64,000 nt of DNA, from the NCBI GenBank assembly GCA_016873835.1, contig VGVY01000004.1, positions 10,157-74,156 on the forward strand. Reading direction: 5' to 3'. Every line of letters begins with the position of its first letter. Position 1 is the first letter of the stretch. The translations under genes were made by a program, and so were the position numbers. Under the pieces are notes generated by a model. That model was not told where the DNA came from, did not search any database, and was given only the letters and a program-made list of their open reading frames with translations. Source of the DNA: Ignavibacteria bacterium. Its GTDB lineage: Bacteria > Bacteroidota > Ignavibacteria > Ignavibacteriales > Melioribacteraceae. Positions 18,270-29,163 of this stretch are shown here, piece by piece.

Positions 18270-19651
18270 AAAAAATAATAATTACAATTGAAGACCTTTT
18301 TGATTTACCAACTTCTGTGATCTATAATCCAGACGCATATAAATCTGCATCAAGAGTAATTATAGATTCAAGAAAAATTCAGAAAGGTGATTTATTTGTT
18401 GCAATAAAAGGTTTAAAACTAGATGGGCATGATTTTGTGTTTGAAGCGATCAAAAATGGTGCGTGTGCTATACTCATTAATTCAAATCGATTAAAGAAAT
18501 TCAATTCACTCAAAATTCCGATTGTAACAGTAAAGAACACTACACCCGCTTATGGCAAATTAGCGAATCATTGGCGTAATAAATTAAATGCAAAAGTTAT
18601 TTCAATTACTGGAAGCAATGGCAAAACTACTACTAAAGAAATGATTGCTTCACTTTTAAATTCAAAATTTGTTGTCACTAAATCTGAAGCAAATAATAAC
18701 AATCATATTGGAGTACCATTAACAATTTTAAGTGCTGACGAAAAATGTGAAGCTTTAATACTTGAGCAAGGGACAAATCATTTTGGGGAGATATCCTATT
18801 CTGCAAGAATATCAGAACCTGACATTGCTTTGATAACAAATATTGGCGATTCGCACCTGGAGTTTTTGAAAAATAGAAAAGGTGTGTATAAAGAAAAATC
18901 AGCTCTGTTCGATGAAACGCAAAAAAATAATGGAGTATTACTAATAAATACAGATGATCCTATACTCAGAAAGGAAACCAAAAAATATAAGAATCGAATT
19001 ACATTTGGTTTTTTCGGCAAACCAGATATAAAAGGCAAGTTGATTACTACACTTGAAGGAAAACCAAAAATTGAAATTTCTTATAAAGGGAACTCATTTA
19101 GTACAACTCTGCCGGTCTATGGAAAATCAAATGCAAAAAATTTTTTAGCAGCATCTGCAGCTGCATTGATGTTTGGAATGAATGGAAAAGAAATTGTTAA
19201 TGCTGCTAAAAATATTGCAAATGTGAAAGGTAGATTGGAAGTAAAAAATTATTCAAAAGCTGTTTTGATTAATGATACATATAATTCAAGTCCTATTAGC
19301 GTTCAAGCTGCATACGAACTTGTTAACGACATAAAGAAGTTCAAACAAAAAATAGTTGTTCTTGGAGATATGTTCGAATTAGGCAAGCAGTCAGTTAAGC
19401 TTCATAAAGGACTATCAGAAATATTCAAGAACAATAAAAATTTGTTTGTTTTAACAATCGGAAACTTAATGCCGCATCTTACAACTGAGTTAAGAAAGCG
19501 AAATATTAAATCAATCCATTTTCATTTACGCGAGGCGTTAGCTCTCTATCTAAAGTATGAAGAAATTGATAATTCGGTTATTCTGGTTAAAGGTTCACGT
19601 GGAATGATGATGGAAGAATTTGTTAACATATTAAAAACAAGGTTTGAGTAA
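18266..19651 (+). CDS. murF: UDP-N-acetylmuramoyl-tripeptide--D-alanyl-D-alanine ligase
   Basis: Mur ligase P-loop ITGSNGKTTTKEM. dcw position after murE. Confidence 0.9.
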   Translation: MKKIIITIEDLFDLPTSVIYNPDAYKSASRVIIDSRKIQKGDLFVAIKGLKLDGHDFVFEAIKNGACAILINSNRLKKFNSLKIPIVTVKNTTPAYGKLANHWRNKLNAKVISITGSNGKTTTKEMIASLLNSKFVVTKSEANNNNHIGVPLTILSADEKCEALILEQGTNHFGEISYSARISEPDIALITNIGDSHLEFLKNRKGVYKEKSALFDETQKNNGVLLINTDDPILRKETKKYKNRITFGFFGKPDIKGKLITTLEGKPKIEISYKGNSFSTTLPVYGKSNAKNFLAASAAALMFGMNGKEIVNAAKNIANVKGRLEVKNYSKAVLINDTYNSSPISVQAAYELVNDIKKFKQKIVVLGDMFELGKQSVKLHKGLSEIFKNNKNLFVLTIGNLMPHLTTELRKRNIKSIHFHLREALALYLKYEEIDNSVILVKGSRGMMMEEFVNILKTRFE

Positions 19652-20760
19652 TGTTTTACTATCTATTTGATTACATAAACGAGTTATTCAATCCTCCAGG
19701 ATTTGATATTTTCAGATTCTTGACCTTCAGATCAGCTCTTGCTGCTATTACTGCGTTGATTATTTCATTTTACTTCGGTCCCAAAATAATTGAAAGACTA
19801 AAACGCAATCATGTAGATCAACCGATTCGTGAAGAAGGTCCTGAAACGCATAAAAAGAAAATTGGCACTCCAACAATGGGTGGACTTATCATTTTAATTT
19901 CAGTCATTATTCCAGTATTGCTCTGGAGTGATATTAAAAGTGCTTTCATTATTCTGGTTTTATTCGCAACTGTTGTTTTAGGCGTTGTAGGATTTTTGGA
20001 TGACTATCTAAAAGTTGTTAAAAAACTTCCTCAGGGATTAATTGCGCGGTATAAATTATTTGGTCAAATTTTTGTTGGACTTGCAGTTGGTCTTGGAGTT
20101 TATTTCTTACCAGAGTTTGGGCAATACAATACTCAAACAACACTTCCATTTTTCAAAAACTTAAATTGGGATTTTTCTTACCTCTTTATTCCTTGGGTTA
20201 TATTCATTATCACAGCAACATCAAATGCTGTAAATCTTACAGATGGATTAGATGGACTTGCAATCGGAACAATGATAATTGTAATGCTTGCACTTGCTAT
20301 AATAACCTATGTTACTGGAAACGTAATTTATTCAGATTATCTAAATATAATTTATATACCTGGCAGCGGAGAGCTTACTGTATTTATTGCAGCATTAATT
20401 GGTGCCGGACTTGGTTTCCTTTGGTTCAATTTTCATCCAGCTCAAGTTTTTATGGGAGATACCGGTTCGCTTGCACTCGGTGGAGCATTCGGTGTGATGA
20501 TGATTTTAATAAAGAAAGATTTGCTAATTCCAATTCTTGGCGGAATTTATTTTGCTGAAACTCTTTCAGTAATAATTCAGAGGCTTTATTTCAAGTATAC
20601 AAAGAAGAAATATGGTGAAGGTAAAAGAGTATTTAGAATGGCACCACTCCATCATCATTTTGAAAAACTTGATTGGAAGGAACCAAAAATTGTAATTCGG
20701 TTTTACATAATTACTATCATACTTGCGATAATAAGTTTAGCATCATTTAAGATAAGGTAA
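19651..20760 (+). CDS. mraY: Phospho-N-acetylmuramoyl-pentapeptide transferase
   Basis: Polytopic, with motifs TPTMGG, NAVNLTDGLDGLA and MGDTGSLALGG, ending in HHHFE. Confidence 0.95.
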   Translation: MFYYLFDYINELFNPPGFDIFRFLTFRSALAAITALIISFYFGPKIIERLKRNHVDQPIREEGPETHKKKIGTPTMGGLIILISVIIPVLLWSDIKSAFIILVLFATVVLGVVGFLDDYLKVVKKLPQGLIARYKLFGQIFVGLAVGLGVYFLPEFGQYNTQTTLPFFKNLNWDFSYLFIPWVIFIITATSNAVNLTDGLDGLAIGTMIIVMLALAIITYVTGNVIYSDYLNIIYIPGSGELTVFIAALIGAGLGFLWFNFHPAQVFMGDTGSLALGGAFGVMMILIKKDLLIPILGGIYFAETLSVIIQRLYFKYTKKKYGEGKRVFRMAPLHHHFEKLDWKEPKIVIRFYIITIILAIISLASFKIR

Positions 20761-22112
20761 TGGATATTAAGGGAAAAAGAATTTCAATAATTGGAGCTGT
20801 AAGAAGCGGTGTTGGTGCCGCAAAGCTTGCCAATATAATGGGCGCAATCCCTTTCGTTAGTGATAGCTCTGAAAAAAATAAAATAATCAACTCAATCTCA
20901 GTATTTGAAAAAGAAAAAATTGAATATGAATACGGAATTCATTCAGAAAAAGTTTTTGATTGCGATTTTTTAGTAACTAGTCCGGGTGTTCCATCTGATT
21001 CTGAAGTTTTAACTACTGCGAGAAATAAAAAAATTAAAATTTTTAGTGAAGTTGAATTTGCATCCTGGTTTTGCGAAGGAAAAATTATTTCGATAACGGG
21101 AACTAATGGCAAAACTACAACAACAGCATTGATGACTCACACATTAAATGAATGTGGAATTAAAACTTATTCTGCTGGAAATATTGGAGAAGCTTTTTCT
21201 GAAATTGTGCTTGATGTGAAGGGAAATGAATTTGTTGCTCTTGAAACTTCCAGTTTTCAATTGGACTATATAGAAAAATTCAAACCGATGTTTAGTTTAA
21301 TTCTAAATATCACTCCGGATCACTTGGACAGATATAACAATAGTTTTCAAAACTATATTGAATCAAAAGTAAAAATTACAATGAATCAAAATGAAAATGA
21401 TTTCTTTATTTACAATGCCGATGATAAGAACACATTTGTATATATGAATAATAAACGGGTTCCAAAACTTAGTTTTTCACTAAAAAATAAAGTTGAATGT
21501 GGTGCATATTTACATAATAATTCAATGCACTATTCTTGGTTCGGCTCTGATCTTAACATATGCTCTTCTTCAGATCTTTTTATTAAAGGTGATCACAACA
21601 TTGCAAATGCATTAGCTGTTTTATCTGTGGCTAAAACATTGAATCTGCCCAATACAAAAATTCGTGATGCTTTTAATTCATTCAAAGGTGTTGAACATAG
21701 AATTGAATTTGTAGATGAGATTAACGGAATTGAATTTTACAATGATTCGAAAGCAACTAATGTCGATTCAGTTTGGTATGCTCTCAAAAGTTTTTCAAAA
21801 CCAATTTATTTGATTCTGGGCGGAAAAGATAAAGGGAATGATTACAATCAAATAAAAGATTTAGTGATTGAAAGAGTAAAAAAGATTTATGCAATTGGTT
21901 CTTCTGCAGAAAAGGTGTATGACTTTTTCAATGAATTCATTCCAGTTGAAATTAAAGAAACACTTGCCGATTGTGTCGTAACATCGTTAGATGATGCAAA
22001 AACTGGTTCTGTTTTATTGCTTTCGCCGGCATGTGCAAGCTTTGATATGTTCGATAATTATGAACACAGAGGCAAAGTGTTCAAAGAAGCGGTTAAAAAA
22101 GCAAGAGTATGA
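20760..22112 (+). CDS. murD: UDP-N-acetylmuramoylalanine--D-glutamate ligase
   Basis: Mur ligase P-loop ITGTNGKTTT. dcw position between mraY and ftsW. Confidence 0.9.
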   Translation: MDIKGKRISIIGAVRSGVGAAKLANIMGAIPFVSDSSEKNKIINSISVFEKEKIEYEYGIHSEKVFDCDFLVTSPGVPSDSEVLTTARNKKIKIFSEVEFASWFCEGKIISITGTNGKTTTTALMTHTLNECGIKTYSAGNIGEAFSEIVLDVKGNEFVALETSSFQLDYIEKFKPMFSLILNITPDHLDRYNNSFQNYIESKVKITMNQNENDFFIYNADDKNTFVYMNNKRVPKLSFSLKNKVECGAYLHNNSMHYSWFGSDLNICSSSDLFIKGDHNIANALAVLSVAKTLNLPNTKIRDAFNSFKGVEHRIEFVDEINGIEFYNDSKATNVDSVWYALKSFSKPIYLILGGKDKGNDYNQIKDLVIERVKKIYAIGSSAEKVYDFFNEFIPVEIKETLADCVVTSLDDAKTGSVLLLSPACASFDMFDNYEHRGKVFKEAVKKARV

Positions 22113-23218
22113 AGGGTTTAATAAAAATATTAATTGTAATTGTAGTTGTTTTAATTCTGCTTGGTTCTATAATGGTTTTTACTGCAAGCGGAACTTACAG
22201 TTTTAATAAGTTCAATAGTCTGTACTATTTATTTAAATCTCATTTATGGAAAGTATTTGCTGCTGCATTTTGTTTTTGGCTTTTCGCACATATACCGTAT
22301 GAGAATTATAGAAAGTACAGTAAGAATTTACTCTTTTTAATTATTGGTGTTTTGATTTTTACATTTCTACTAGCTCCAAAAGTGAAAGGTGCAGCGAGGT
22401 GGATCGACTTTGGATTCTTTCAATTTCAACCTTCTGAAGTTGCTAAAGTTGTATTGATAATTCATTTGGCATTCATGATAGAAAGATTTGGTGATGATAT
22501 TGCAGATTTTAAGAATGGGTTTCTTTATACACTTATTTGGATTGGATTAGTTTGCGGCTTAGTTCTTATTCAGCCAAATGTAAGTACCAGCATAGTTATA
22601 GTTTTTACAAGTTTTGCAGTTCTATATGTAGGCGGCGCAAGATTGAAACATGTTTTCTTTACAGTTGGAACTGTAGGAGGTGCTTTAGCTGGAATTGCTA
22701 TGCTGCTTTCCCATTCACGTGAAAGAGTTTTGGATTTTGTAAATAGTCTTATGACTGGAAATGCCATTAACAAGCAAGTTTTGCAAGCTCAAATCGCTCT
22801 TGGCAGCGGTGGAATATTTGGCATTGGAATCGGGCATAGCCGACAAAGTGATTTGTTTCTACCAGAAGCTTACGGTGATTTTATTTTTTCGATTGTCGGT
22901 GAGGAATTAGGTTTTCTTGGTTCGATCATATTGTTGTTTTTATACGTTAGCTTGTTTTTGGTAAGTTTAGTAATTGCAAAAAAATCGCAAGATAAATTTG
23001 GTCAGTTAATTGTATTTGGATTAGCATTTAATATTCTCATCAGTGCATTTATTAATTCAGCTGTTGTAACTGGATTACTACCAACAACCGGAATAACACT
23101 TCCCTTTGTAAGTTTTGGTGGAACTTCAATTATCCTATTTGGCATTTCTGCTGGCATTATTGTCAATGTAGCACGCGAGACAGTTAAAACTATTGATTTA
23201 AAGATTGCACAGACTTAA
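22109..23218 (+). CDS. ftsW: SEDS-family peptidoglycan glycosyltransferase FtsW
   Basis: Polytopic SEDS protein (QPSEVAKV, LPEAYGDFIFS, PFVSFGGTS). dcw position. Confidence 0.9.
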   Translation: MKGLIKILIVIVVVLILLGSIMVFTASGTYSFNKFNSLYYLFKSHLWKVFAAAFCFWLFAHIPYENYRKYSKNLLFLIIGVLIFTFLLAPKVKGAARWIDFGFFQFQPSEVAKVVLIIHLAFMIERFGDDIADFKNGFLYTLIWIGLVCGLVLIQPNVSTSIVIVFTSFAVLYVGGARLKHVFFTVGTVGGALAGIAMLLSHSRERVLDFVNSLMTGNAINKQVLQAQIALGSGGIFGIGIGHSRQSDLFLPEAYGDFIFSIVGEELGFLGSIILLFLYVSLFLVSLVIAKKSQDKFGQLIVFGLAFNILISAFINSAVVTGLLPTTGITLPFVSFGGTSIILFGISAGIIVNVARETVKTIDLKIAQT

Positions 23219-24321
23219 TGAAGAAAAAAACTATATATCGATTTTTATTCGCCGGCGGAGGAACTGGAGGTCATCTTTATCCAGCTCTCGCTGTTGCACA
23301 GAAAGTTCGCGAGCTAAAACCAGAATCTGAAATAATTTTTATTGGGAACAAAAATAAAATTGAATCTAAAGTAGTTCCAGAATATAGTTTCGAATTTAAG
23401 AGTATTTGGATCAGCGGTTTTTCGAGGCAAATATCTTTGAGCAACATTCTATTTCCAATAAAATTATTTATTTCAGCCATTCAGTCATTAGTAATAAGTT
23501 TAAAATTTAAACCACGTATTGCAATTGGAAGCGGAGCCTATGTATCAGGTCCTCCAATTTGGGCAGCTTGGTTAACGGGTGCTAAAATAATTTTATTAGA
23601 ACAAAATAGTTATCCTGGAATAACTAATAGATTATTGGAAAAAAAAGCAAATGAAATTCACATTATGTTTGAAGAATCAAAAAAATATTTCAGACAAAAA
23701 GAAAAACTGAAAGTAACCGGGAATCCTATAAGAGTTGATTTAAAAATAATTAATAAGGAAGAAGCAGTAAAAAAATTTGATCTCCTTTCAAACAAAAAAA
23801 CATTATTAATTCTTGGAGGAAGCGGCGGTGCCGGTACAATTAATTCGGCTGTCAATAAAATTTTCAAAGAGTTAATCGAAAATGGAATTCAAATTATCTG
23901 GCAGACTGGCAAGAATTATTTCGAACATTATAAAAATTATTCAAATGAGTCAGCGAAAATATTCCCTTTTATAAGTGATATGACTTCTGCTTTTTCAGCA
24001 TGTGATCTTGTTGTTGCTCGATCAGGCGCCTCAACAATTGCAGAAGTTTCGATGTTAGGGTTGCCGGTGATTTTTGTACCTTCTCCATTCGTAGCAGCAA
24101 ATCATCAAATGCTTAATGCAAAAGCAATATGTGATTCAAATGCAGCTTTGATGATTGAAGACAAAAATCTCGAAAAAGATTTATTGGGAACAATTCTGAC
24201 AACAATTTATGATGTTCACAAATTACAGCAAATGAAAAATGAGATTAAAAAATTTTCAAAACCAGATGCCGTTAAAACAATTGCAGAAAATGCAATAAAA
24301 CTTGCTGAATTAAGGAAATAA
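23218..24321 (+). CDS. murG: UDP-N-acetylglucosamine--N-acetylmuramyl-(pentapeptide) pyrophosphoryl-undecaprenol GlcNAc transferase
   Basis: N-terminal GGGTGGHLYPALAVA and C-terminal RSGASTIAE motifs. Confidence 0.95.
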   Translation: MKKKTIYRFLFAGGGTGGHLYPALAVAQKVRELKPESEIIFIGNKNKIESKVVPEYSFEFKSIWISGFSRQISLSNILFPIKLFISAIQSLVISLKFKPRIAIGSGAYVSGPPIWAAWLTGAKIILLEQNSYPGITNRLLEKKANEIHIMFEESKKYFRQKEKLKVTGNPIRVDLKIINKEEAVKKFDLLSNKKTLLILGGSGGAGTINSAVNKIFKELIENGIQIIWQTGKNYFEHYKNYSNESAKIFPFISDMTSAFSACDLVVARSGASTIAEVSMLGLPVIFVPSPFVAANHQMLNAKAICDSNAALMIEDKNLEKDLLGTILTTIYDVHKLQQMKNEIKKFSKPDAVKTIAENAIKLAELRK

Positions 24322-24326
24322 ATTAA

Positions 24327-25706
24327 ATGTTGATGCAGACAGTAAAAAATGTTCACTTTGTTGGAATTGGCGGAATTGGAATGAGCGGTATTGCTGAAAT
24401 TTTGCTGAGTCAAGGATTTAAAATAACCGGTTCTGATCTCAACAAGTCTGATATAACAGATCGTTTAGAAAGTTTGGGAATAAAAATTTTTGAGGGGCAT
24501 GCAAAAGAAAATTTGGTAAATGCTGATGTTGTTGTTTACTCATCTGCAGTAAATCTGGAAAATCCTGAAGTGAATGCAGCTATCGAAAGAAAAATTCCAG
24601 TGATTAAACGTTCCGAAATGCTTGCAGAATGTATGAGAATGAAATATGGAATTGGTATTGCTGGAACTCACGGTAAAACTACTACTACTTCAATGGTTGG
24701 TTTAGTTTTAACTGAAGCTGGTATTGATCCAACTATTATTGTCGGTGGAAAACTTAGCGGACTTGGCGGAACAAACGCACGACTTGGAAAGGGAGAATAC
24801 ATTGTTGTCGAAGCAGATGAATTCGATAGAACATTTTTAAAACTTGCACCAGTTATTGCAGCAATAACTACGTTAGAGAAAGAACATCTTGATACTTACA
24901 AGGACCTTGATGATATAAAATTAGCATTCGTTGAATTTGCCAATAAAGTCCCGTTTTTCGGATTTGTTGTGTTGTGTCTTGATGAACCAGCTTTGCAAGA
25001 TGTAATTCCAACAATCAATAAAAAAATATTTACGTACGGTCTTTCGCCACAAGCTGATATTCGTGCTGTGAATATCTCGCATGAAAAAAACATTTCAAAA
25101 TTTAATGTCATTTATCTTGGCAAAGAACTAGGAGAAATTAAACTGAATCTTCCTGGTCTCCACAATATTAGAAATTCTCTTGTTGCAGTTACCATTGCAA
25201 AAGAAATGGGTGTTGAATTCGGTGTGATAAAAAAAGCATTGGAGTCTTTCAGTGGAGTTTACAGAAGATTTGAAAAAAAATTTGATGCTGATGTAATGGT
25301 AATTGATGACTATGGCCATCATCCAACAGAAATTAATGTTACTCTAGATGGAATTAGAAGAGGTTGGAAAAGAAGATTAGTAGCAGTTTTTCAACCGCAT
25401 CTTTTTTCAAGAACGCGAGATTTTTATGTCGAATTTGGTAAGTCGTTTCTCAATTCGGATATTTTTATCTGTACGGATGTTTATCCAGCTCGTGAAAAAC
25501 CAATTGAAGGAATTACCGGAGAATTAATAATTAATTCTGCAAAAAATTTAGGTCATAAAAATGTTTTTTATGAACCGAACAAAACAAAGGTGCCTGATCT
25601 TCTAAAGAAGATTTATAAGAAGGGTGATATTATTATCACACTTGGTGCCGGTGATATATGGAAATATGGTGAACAATTTGTTGAATTTTTGAAATCAAAA
25701 GCATAA
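24327..25706 (+). CDS. murC: UDP-N-acetylmuramate--L-alanine ligase
   Basis: FVGIGGIGMSGIAE Rossmann start and Mur ligase P-loop IAGTHGKTTTTSM. Confidence 0.95.
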   Translation: MLMQTVKNVHFVGIGGIGMSGIAEILLSQGFKITGSDLNKSDITDRLESLGIKIFEGHAKENLVNADVVVYSSAVNLENPEVNAAIERKIPVIKRSEMLAECMRMKYGIGIAGTHGKTTTTSMVGLVLTEAGIDPTIIVGGKLSGLGGTNARLGKGEYIVVEADEFDRTFLKLAPVIAAITTLEKEHLDTYKDLDDIKLAFVEFANKVPFFGFVVLCLDEPALQDVIPTINKKIFTYGLSPQADIRAVNISHEKNISKFNVIYLGKELGEIKLNLPGLHNIRNSLVAVTIAKEMGVEFGVIKKALESFSGVYRRFEKKFDADVMVIDDYGHHPTEINVTLDGIRRGWKRRLVAVFQPHLFSRTRDFYVEFGKSFLNSDIFICTDVYPAREKPIEGITGELIINSAKNLGHKNVFYEPNKTKVPDLLKKIYKKGDIIITLGAGDIWKYGEQFVEFLKSKA

Positions 25707-26476
25707 TGAATAAAAAACAAAAAATATTTAATCTGATAATAATGATTGGAATAATTTCATTAATGATTTATTTATCATTCAGTCTTAATGAAACAATTCA
25801 ACAAAAAATTGAGATTATCTCTCTCGAAGGAAATATTCATTTAACTAAAGAACAATATTTTGAATTTGCCAACTTAACAGATAGAAATTCTTACTCTAGA
25901 TTAACTTTACAAATCATTAAAGACAGAATTGAAAAACATCCTTATGTTAAAAATGCAAATGTTGTTTATGATGGCAATGGAAAAGTATCGATTGAAATTG
26001 AGGAAAAAGATTTTGAGTCAATCGTGCTATTAGAAAACCAACAATTTATAATAACTAACCGGCTTCAAATACTTCCGGTATTACAAAAAACTCAAAAAAT
26101 AGATTATCCAATAATTTCAAATCCTAATTGGCAAAATGAAAAAGAACTCCTCTCCGCAAAAAATAATCTTGATGTTGTTACCGCTTCAAAAATTATTAGC
26201 GGAATAAAATTGTTAAACCCGGAATTATATGATGGATTGTCGTCCGTTGAAATGCAGAACGGAGGCGATATTGTCTTATACTTTTCGTCAATGGATTATC
26301 CAGTAGTTCTTGGTCGCGGAAGTGAAATAAAAAAAATAGTCTACTTTAATAATCTCTGGACTTTTCTTAAAGGAAAACAAATAAACGGCATAATGAATCA
26401 AATTGATTTAAGATTTAGTGGCCACATTTATTTAGGAATTCAAGAAGCCTCAAGTGAGGGGGAAACAAAATCATGA
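25706..26476 (+). CDS. ftsQ: Cell division protein FtsQ (POTRA-containing)
   Basis: 256 aa with an N-terminal TM followed by a POTRA-like region. Located between murC and ftsA. Confidence 0.75.
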   Translation: MNKKQKIFNLIIMIGIISLMIYLSFSLNETIQQKIEIISLEGNIHLTKEQYFEFANLTDRNSYSRLTLQIIKDRIEKHPYVKNANVVYDGNGKVSIEIEEKDFESIVLLENQQFIITNRLQILPVLQKTQKIDYPIISNPNWQNEKELLSAKNNLDVVTASKIISGIKLLNPELYDGLSSVEMQNGGDIVLYFSSMDYPVVLGRGSEIKKIVYFNNLWTFLKGKQINGIMNQIDLRFSGHIYLGIQEASSEGETKS

Positions 26477-27711
26477 AGAAAAATATTATTGCCGGCTTAG
26501 ATTTAGGTACAACAAAAGTTTGCGCTGTAATTGCAGAGAAAACAGATAGTGGAATAAATATACTTGGCTTTGGTGTATCTCCCTCAGAAGGATTAAACCG
26601 AGGCTTGGTTGCAAACATCTCTAAAACTGCTGAGGCAATTACAGATGCAATGAAAATCGCTTCAAATAGAGCTGGTCTGGAAGTAAAAGAACTAAATGTT
26701 GGCGTAGCTGGTGAGCATATTACAAGTCTAAGACATAGAAATTACGTTACAATAAATAATCCAGAACATGAAATTGCTGAAAGCGATTTAGATCGGTTAA
26801 AATCAGATGTACTTACAATTCGAATCCCATCGGACCGCCAAATTCTTCACATAATACCCGAAGAATACTTTGTGGATTATCAAGGAGGAATTGAGGATCC
26901 AATCGGAATGTGCGGCTCACGTCTCGAAGCAGTAAATCATGTAGTGCTTGCTTCGGTTCCAGCGATTCAAAATATTAAAAGATCAGTTGAACGTGCCGGT
27001 TACTCAGTTAAAGATTATATCCTTCAACCGGTTGCTTCGAGTTTATCTGTTCTTGAAGATAACGAAAAAGACTTAGGCGTTTTACTTATCGATATTGGCG
27101 GAGGGACTACTGACATTGCGGTTTATCACCGCAGAGCTATTAAACATACTAAAGTAATTGGCGTTGCTGGTAATCAAGTAACTAATGATATAAGAGAAAC
27201 GTTGGGAATTGTATCTGCTGATGCAGAGAAACTGAAAAAAGAATATGGATTTGCAAGCGAAGGATCAATTATCAAGGATGAAGATATTTTTCTCAAAGGA
27301 GTTGGAGCCAGAGGCAATATTAAAATTCCAATAACACTTCTTACACAAATAATTAGTGTTAGAATGAGAGAATTATTCTCTTTGATAGATAATGAAGTTC
27401 GGCAAGCTGGTTTCAAAAATAAAATTAAGGGCGGTGTTGTACTTGCCGGCGGAGGTTCACTTTTAAAAGGTTGTACTGAACTTGCTGAAGAAGTATTTGG
27501 CATGCCGTCAAGAATTGGAGTTCCGCTTGAGCTCGGTTCCGGGTTATCTGCTGAAGTGGAAAGTCCTGAATTTGCAACGGTTGCTGGTTTAATAAAAGGA
27601 ATTCCTGGCAGTACATCAGATGGATTTACAACTGTAAAAACTGTTTCAACAAAAAAAATAGATTTCACAAAAGTTTTTAGAAAAGTACAAGATTTCTTTG
27701 ACAATCTATAA
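26473..27711 (+). CDS. ftsA: Cell division protein FtsA
   Basis: Actin-fold motifs GLDLGTTKVCAVI, DIGGGTTDIAV and VLAGGGSLL. C-terminal amphipathic segment FRKVQDFFDNL. Confidence 0.95.
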   Translation: MKKNIIAGLDLGTTKVCAVIAEKTDSGINILGFGVSPSEGLNRGLVANISKTAEAITDAMKIASNRAGLEVKELNVGVAGEHITSLRHRNYVTINNPEHEIAESDLDRLKSDVLTIRIPSDRQILHIIPEEYFVDYQGGIEDPIGMCGSRLEAVNHVVLASVPAIQNIKRSVERAGYSVKDYILQPVASSLSVLEDNEKDLGVLLIDIGGGTTDIAVYHRRAIKHTKVIGVAGNQVTNDIRETLGIVSADAEKLKKEYGFASEGSIIKDEDIFLKGVGARGNIKIPITLLTQIISVRMRELFSLIDNEVRQAGFKNKIKGGVVLAGGGSLLKGCTELAEEVFGMPSRIGVPLELGSGLSAEVESPEFATVAGLIKGIPGSTSDGFTTVKTVSTKKIDFTKVFRKVQDFFDNL

Positions 27712-27732
27712 ACACCACAACAAGGAGGTAAT

Positions 27733-29010
27733 ATGCTAAAATTTGTCACTCTTGATCTTGAAAAGCCCAAAAAATTGTCTGCCAATTTAAAAGTAGTTGG
27801 CATTGGCGGGGGTGGCTGTAATGCAATTGACAGCATGATCAAACGCGGTTTAAACGGTGTTGAGTATGTTGCTGTTAATACTGACGCACAAGTTCTAGAA
27901 AGCAATCTTGCAATGCATAAAGTGCAAGTTGGAACTAATGTAACGCGCGGACTCGGCGCCGGCGCAGATCCAAACGTAGGTAAAAAAGCAGTTGAAGAAG
28001 ATCGTGAAAAATTAACCCGAATTCTCGAAGGAAGCGATATGGTATTTGTTACTTCTGGTATGGGCGGCGGCACTGGAACTGGCGGTGCACCAATCGTTGC
28101 TTCAATTGCAAAAAGTCTTGGAGCTTTAGTTATTGGAATTGTAACTAAGCCTTTTTCTTGGGAAGGGAAACAAAGAATGAAGAATGCTGATGAAGGAATA
28201 AGGGAATTACGGCAGTATGTTGATAGTTTGATTGTAATTCCAAATGGTAGAATTCTCAGCATCCTTGACAGCGCAACTGCCGCTCGTGCTGCATTCGATA
28301 AACCAAACGAGGTTCTCTATGAAGCTACTCGAGGAATTGCAGACATCATTACTATAACTGGTATTATTAATGTTGATTTTGCTGATGTTAGAACTGTAAT
28401 GAAAGAGAGCGGGCAAGCCTTAATGGGCTGTGGAATTGCCAGCGGTGAAAACCGGGCAATTGAAGCAGCACAAAAAGCAATTTCATCTCCATTGTTGGAA
28501 GGCATTTCAATTAAAGGAGCAAAAAATATTCTTCTTAATGTTTCCGGATCGAACAACATGACTATGCAAGAAATTGAAGACGGCAACAAAGTTATTTATG
28601 AAGCTGCTGGTGAAGAAGCAAATATCATTTTCGGTTTGGTAAACAAAGAAGATATGACTGAATATATTTCTTATACAGTTATTGCTACTGGATTTGGTTC
28701 TGAATTTGCAACTAAAACAATCAGCAATATTAAAAAGGAAAAAGAAGAGAAAGTAAAAGAAAAGAAAACTATTGCAGTTGGCGGTTTTTCTCGAACCAAA
28801 ATGGAAATTGACCAGAATGCTGATTTAACTGTTCCCACAATTTTACGATATAACAAAGCTCGTGGAACAGATCCAGAATTGTTTGATGACTCAATTATTG
28901 AAAGCGGATTTAAAACAGATCCGCAAAAGTATGCTGAAGAAGATGATTACAACAGAGAAAATTTTGAGGAAGAGGATAGTTCAACATTCTTAAGAAAAAT
29001 TATGGATTAA
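27733..29010 (+). CDS. ftsZ: Cell division GTPase FtsZ
   Basis: Tubulin signature GGGTGTGGAPIVA, NTDAQ, and a C-terminal conserved peptide STFLRKIMD. AAGGAGG RBS. Confidence 0.97.
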   Translation: MLKFVTLDLEKPKKLSANLKVVGIGGGGCNAIDSMIKRGLNGVEYVAVNTDAQVLESNLAMHKVQVGTNVTRGLGAGADPNVGKKAVEEDREKLTRILEGSDMVFVTSGMGGGTGTGGAPIVASIAKSLGALVIGIVTKPFSWEGKQRMKNADEGIRELRQYVDSLIVIPNGRILSILDSATAARAAFDKPNEVLYEATRGIADIITITGIINVDFADVRTVMKESGQALMGCGIASGENRAIEAAQKAISSPLLEGISIKGAKNILLNVSGSNNMTMQEIEDGNKVIYEAAGEEANIIFGLVNKEDMTEYISYTVIATGFGSEFATKTISNIKKEKEEKVKEKKTIAVGGFSRTKMEIDQNADLTVPTILRYNKARGTDPELFDDSIIESGFKTDPQKYAEEDDYNRENFEEEDSSTFLRKIMD

Positions 29011-29051
29011 AATTTTTCCTTTGTTGATACACATTAATAAAGGAGGATGCG

Positions 29052-29153
29052 ATGGACGGATTCATAATATTAGGTGCTATGTTTCTATTTATTGTTCTTT
29101 TTTCATTTAAGGCTATAAGAATATTGAAATATTTCAATTCAGATAGCGAATAA
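29052..29153 (+). CDS. Unlisted 33-aa single-TM micro-protein directly downstream of ftsZ
   Basis: ATG 29052 is preceded by AAAGGAGG (29039-29046). It encodes MDGFIILGAMFLFIVLFSFKAIRILKYFNSDSE and stops at TAA 29151-29153, before the terminator hairpin. Confidence 0.35.
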   Translation: MDGFIILGAMFLFIVLFSFKAIRILKYFNSDSE

Positions 29154-29163
29154 ATCTATTATT

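Noticed and set aside
20166-20558. 130-aa same-strand, out-of-frame ORF inside mraY (Cys/Trp/Arg-rich)
   Set aside because: It is fully embedded in mraY and its composition is typical of an off-frame translation. It has no RBS and no motif.
27174-28262. 362-aa minus-strand ORF spanning the end of ftsA, the intergenic gap and the start of ftsZ
   Set aside because: It lies antisense to two very confidently assigned, highly conserved genes. Its product is Pro/Ser/Thr-rich low-complexity sequence with no recognisable motif, start context or RBS. Long stop-free antisense frames are a known by-product of codon bias in conserved genes.
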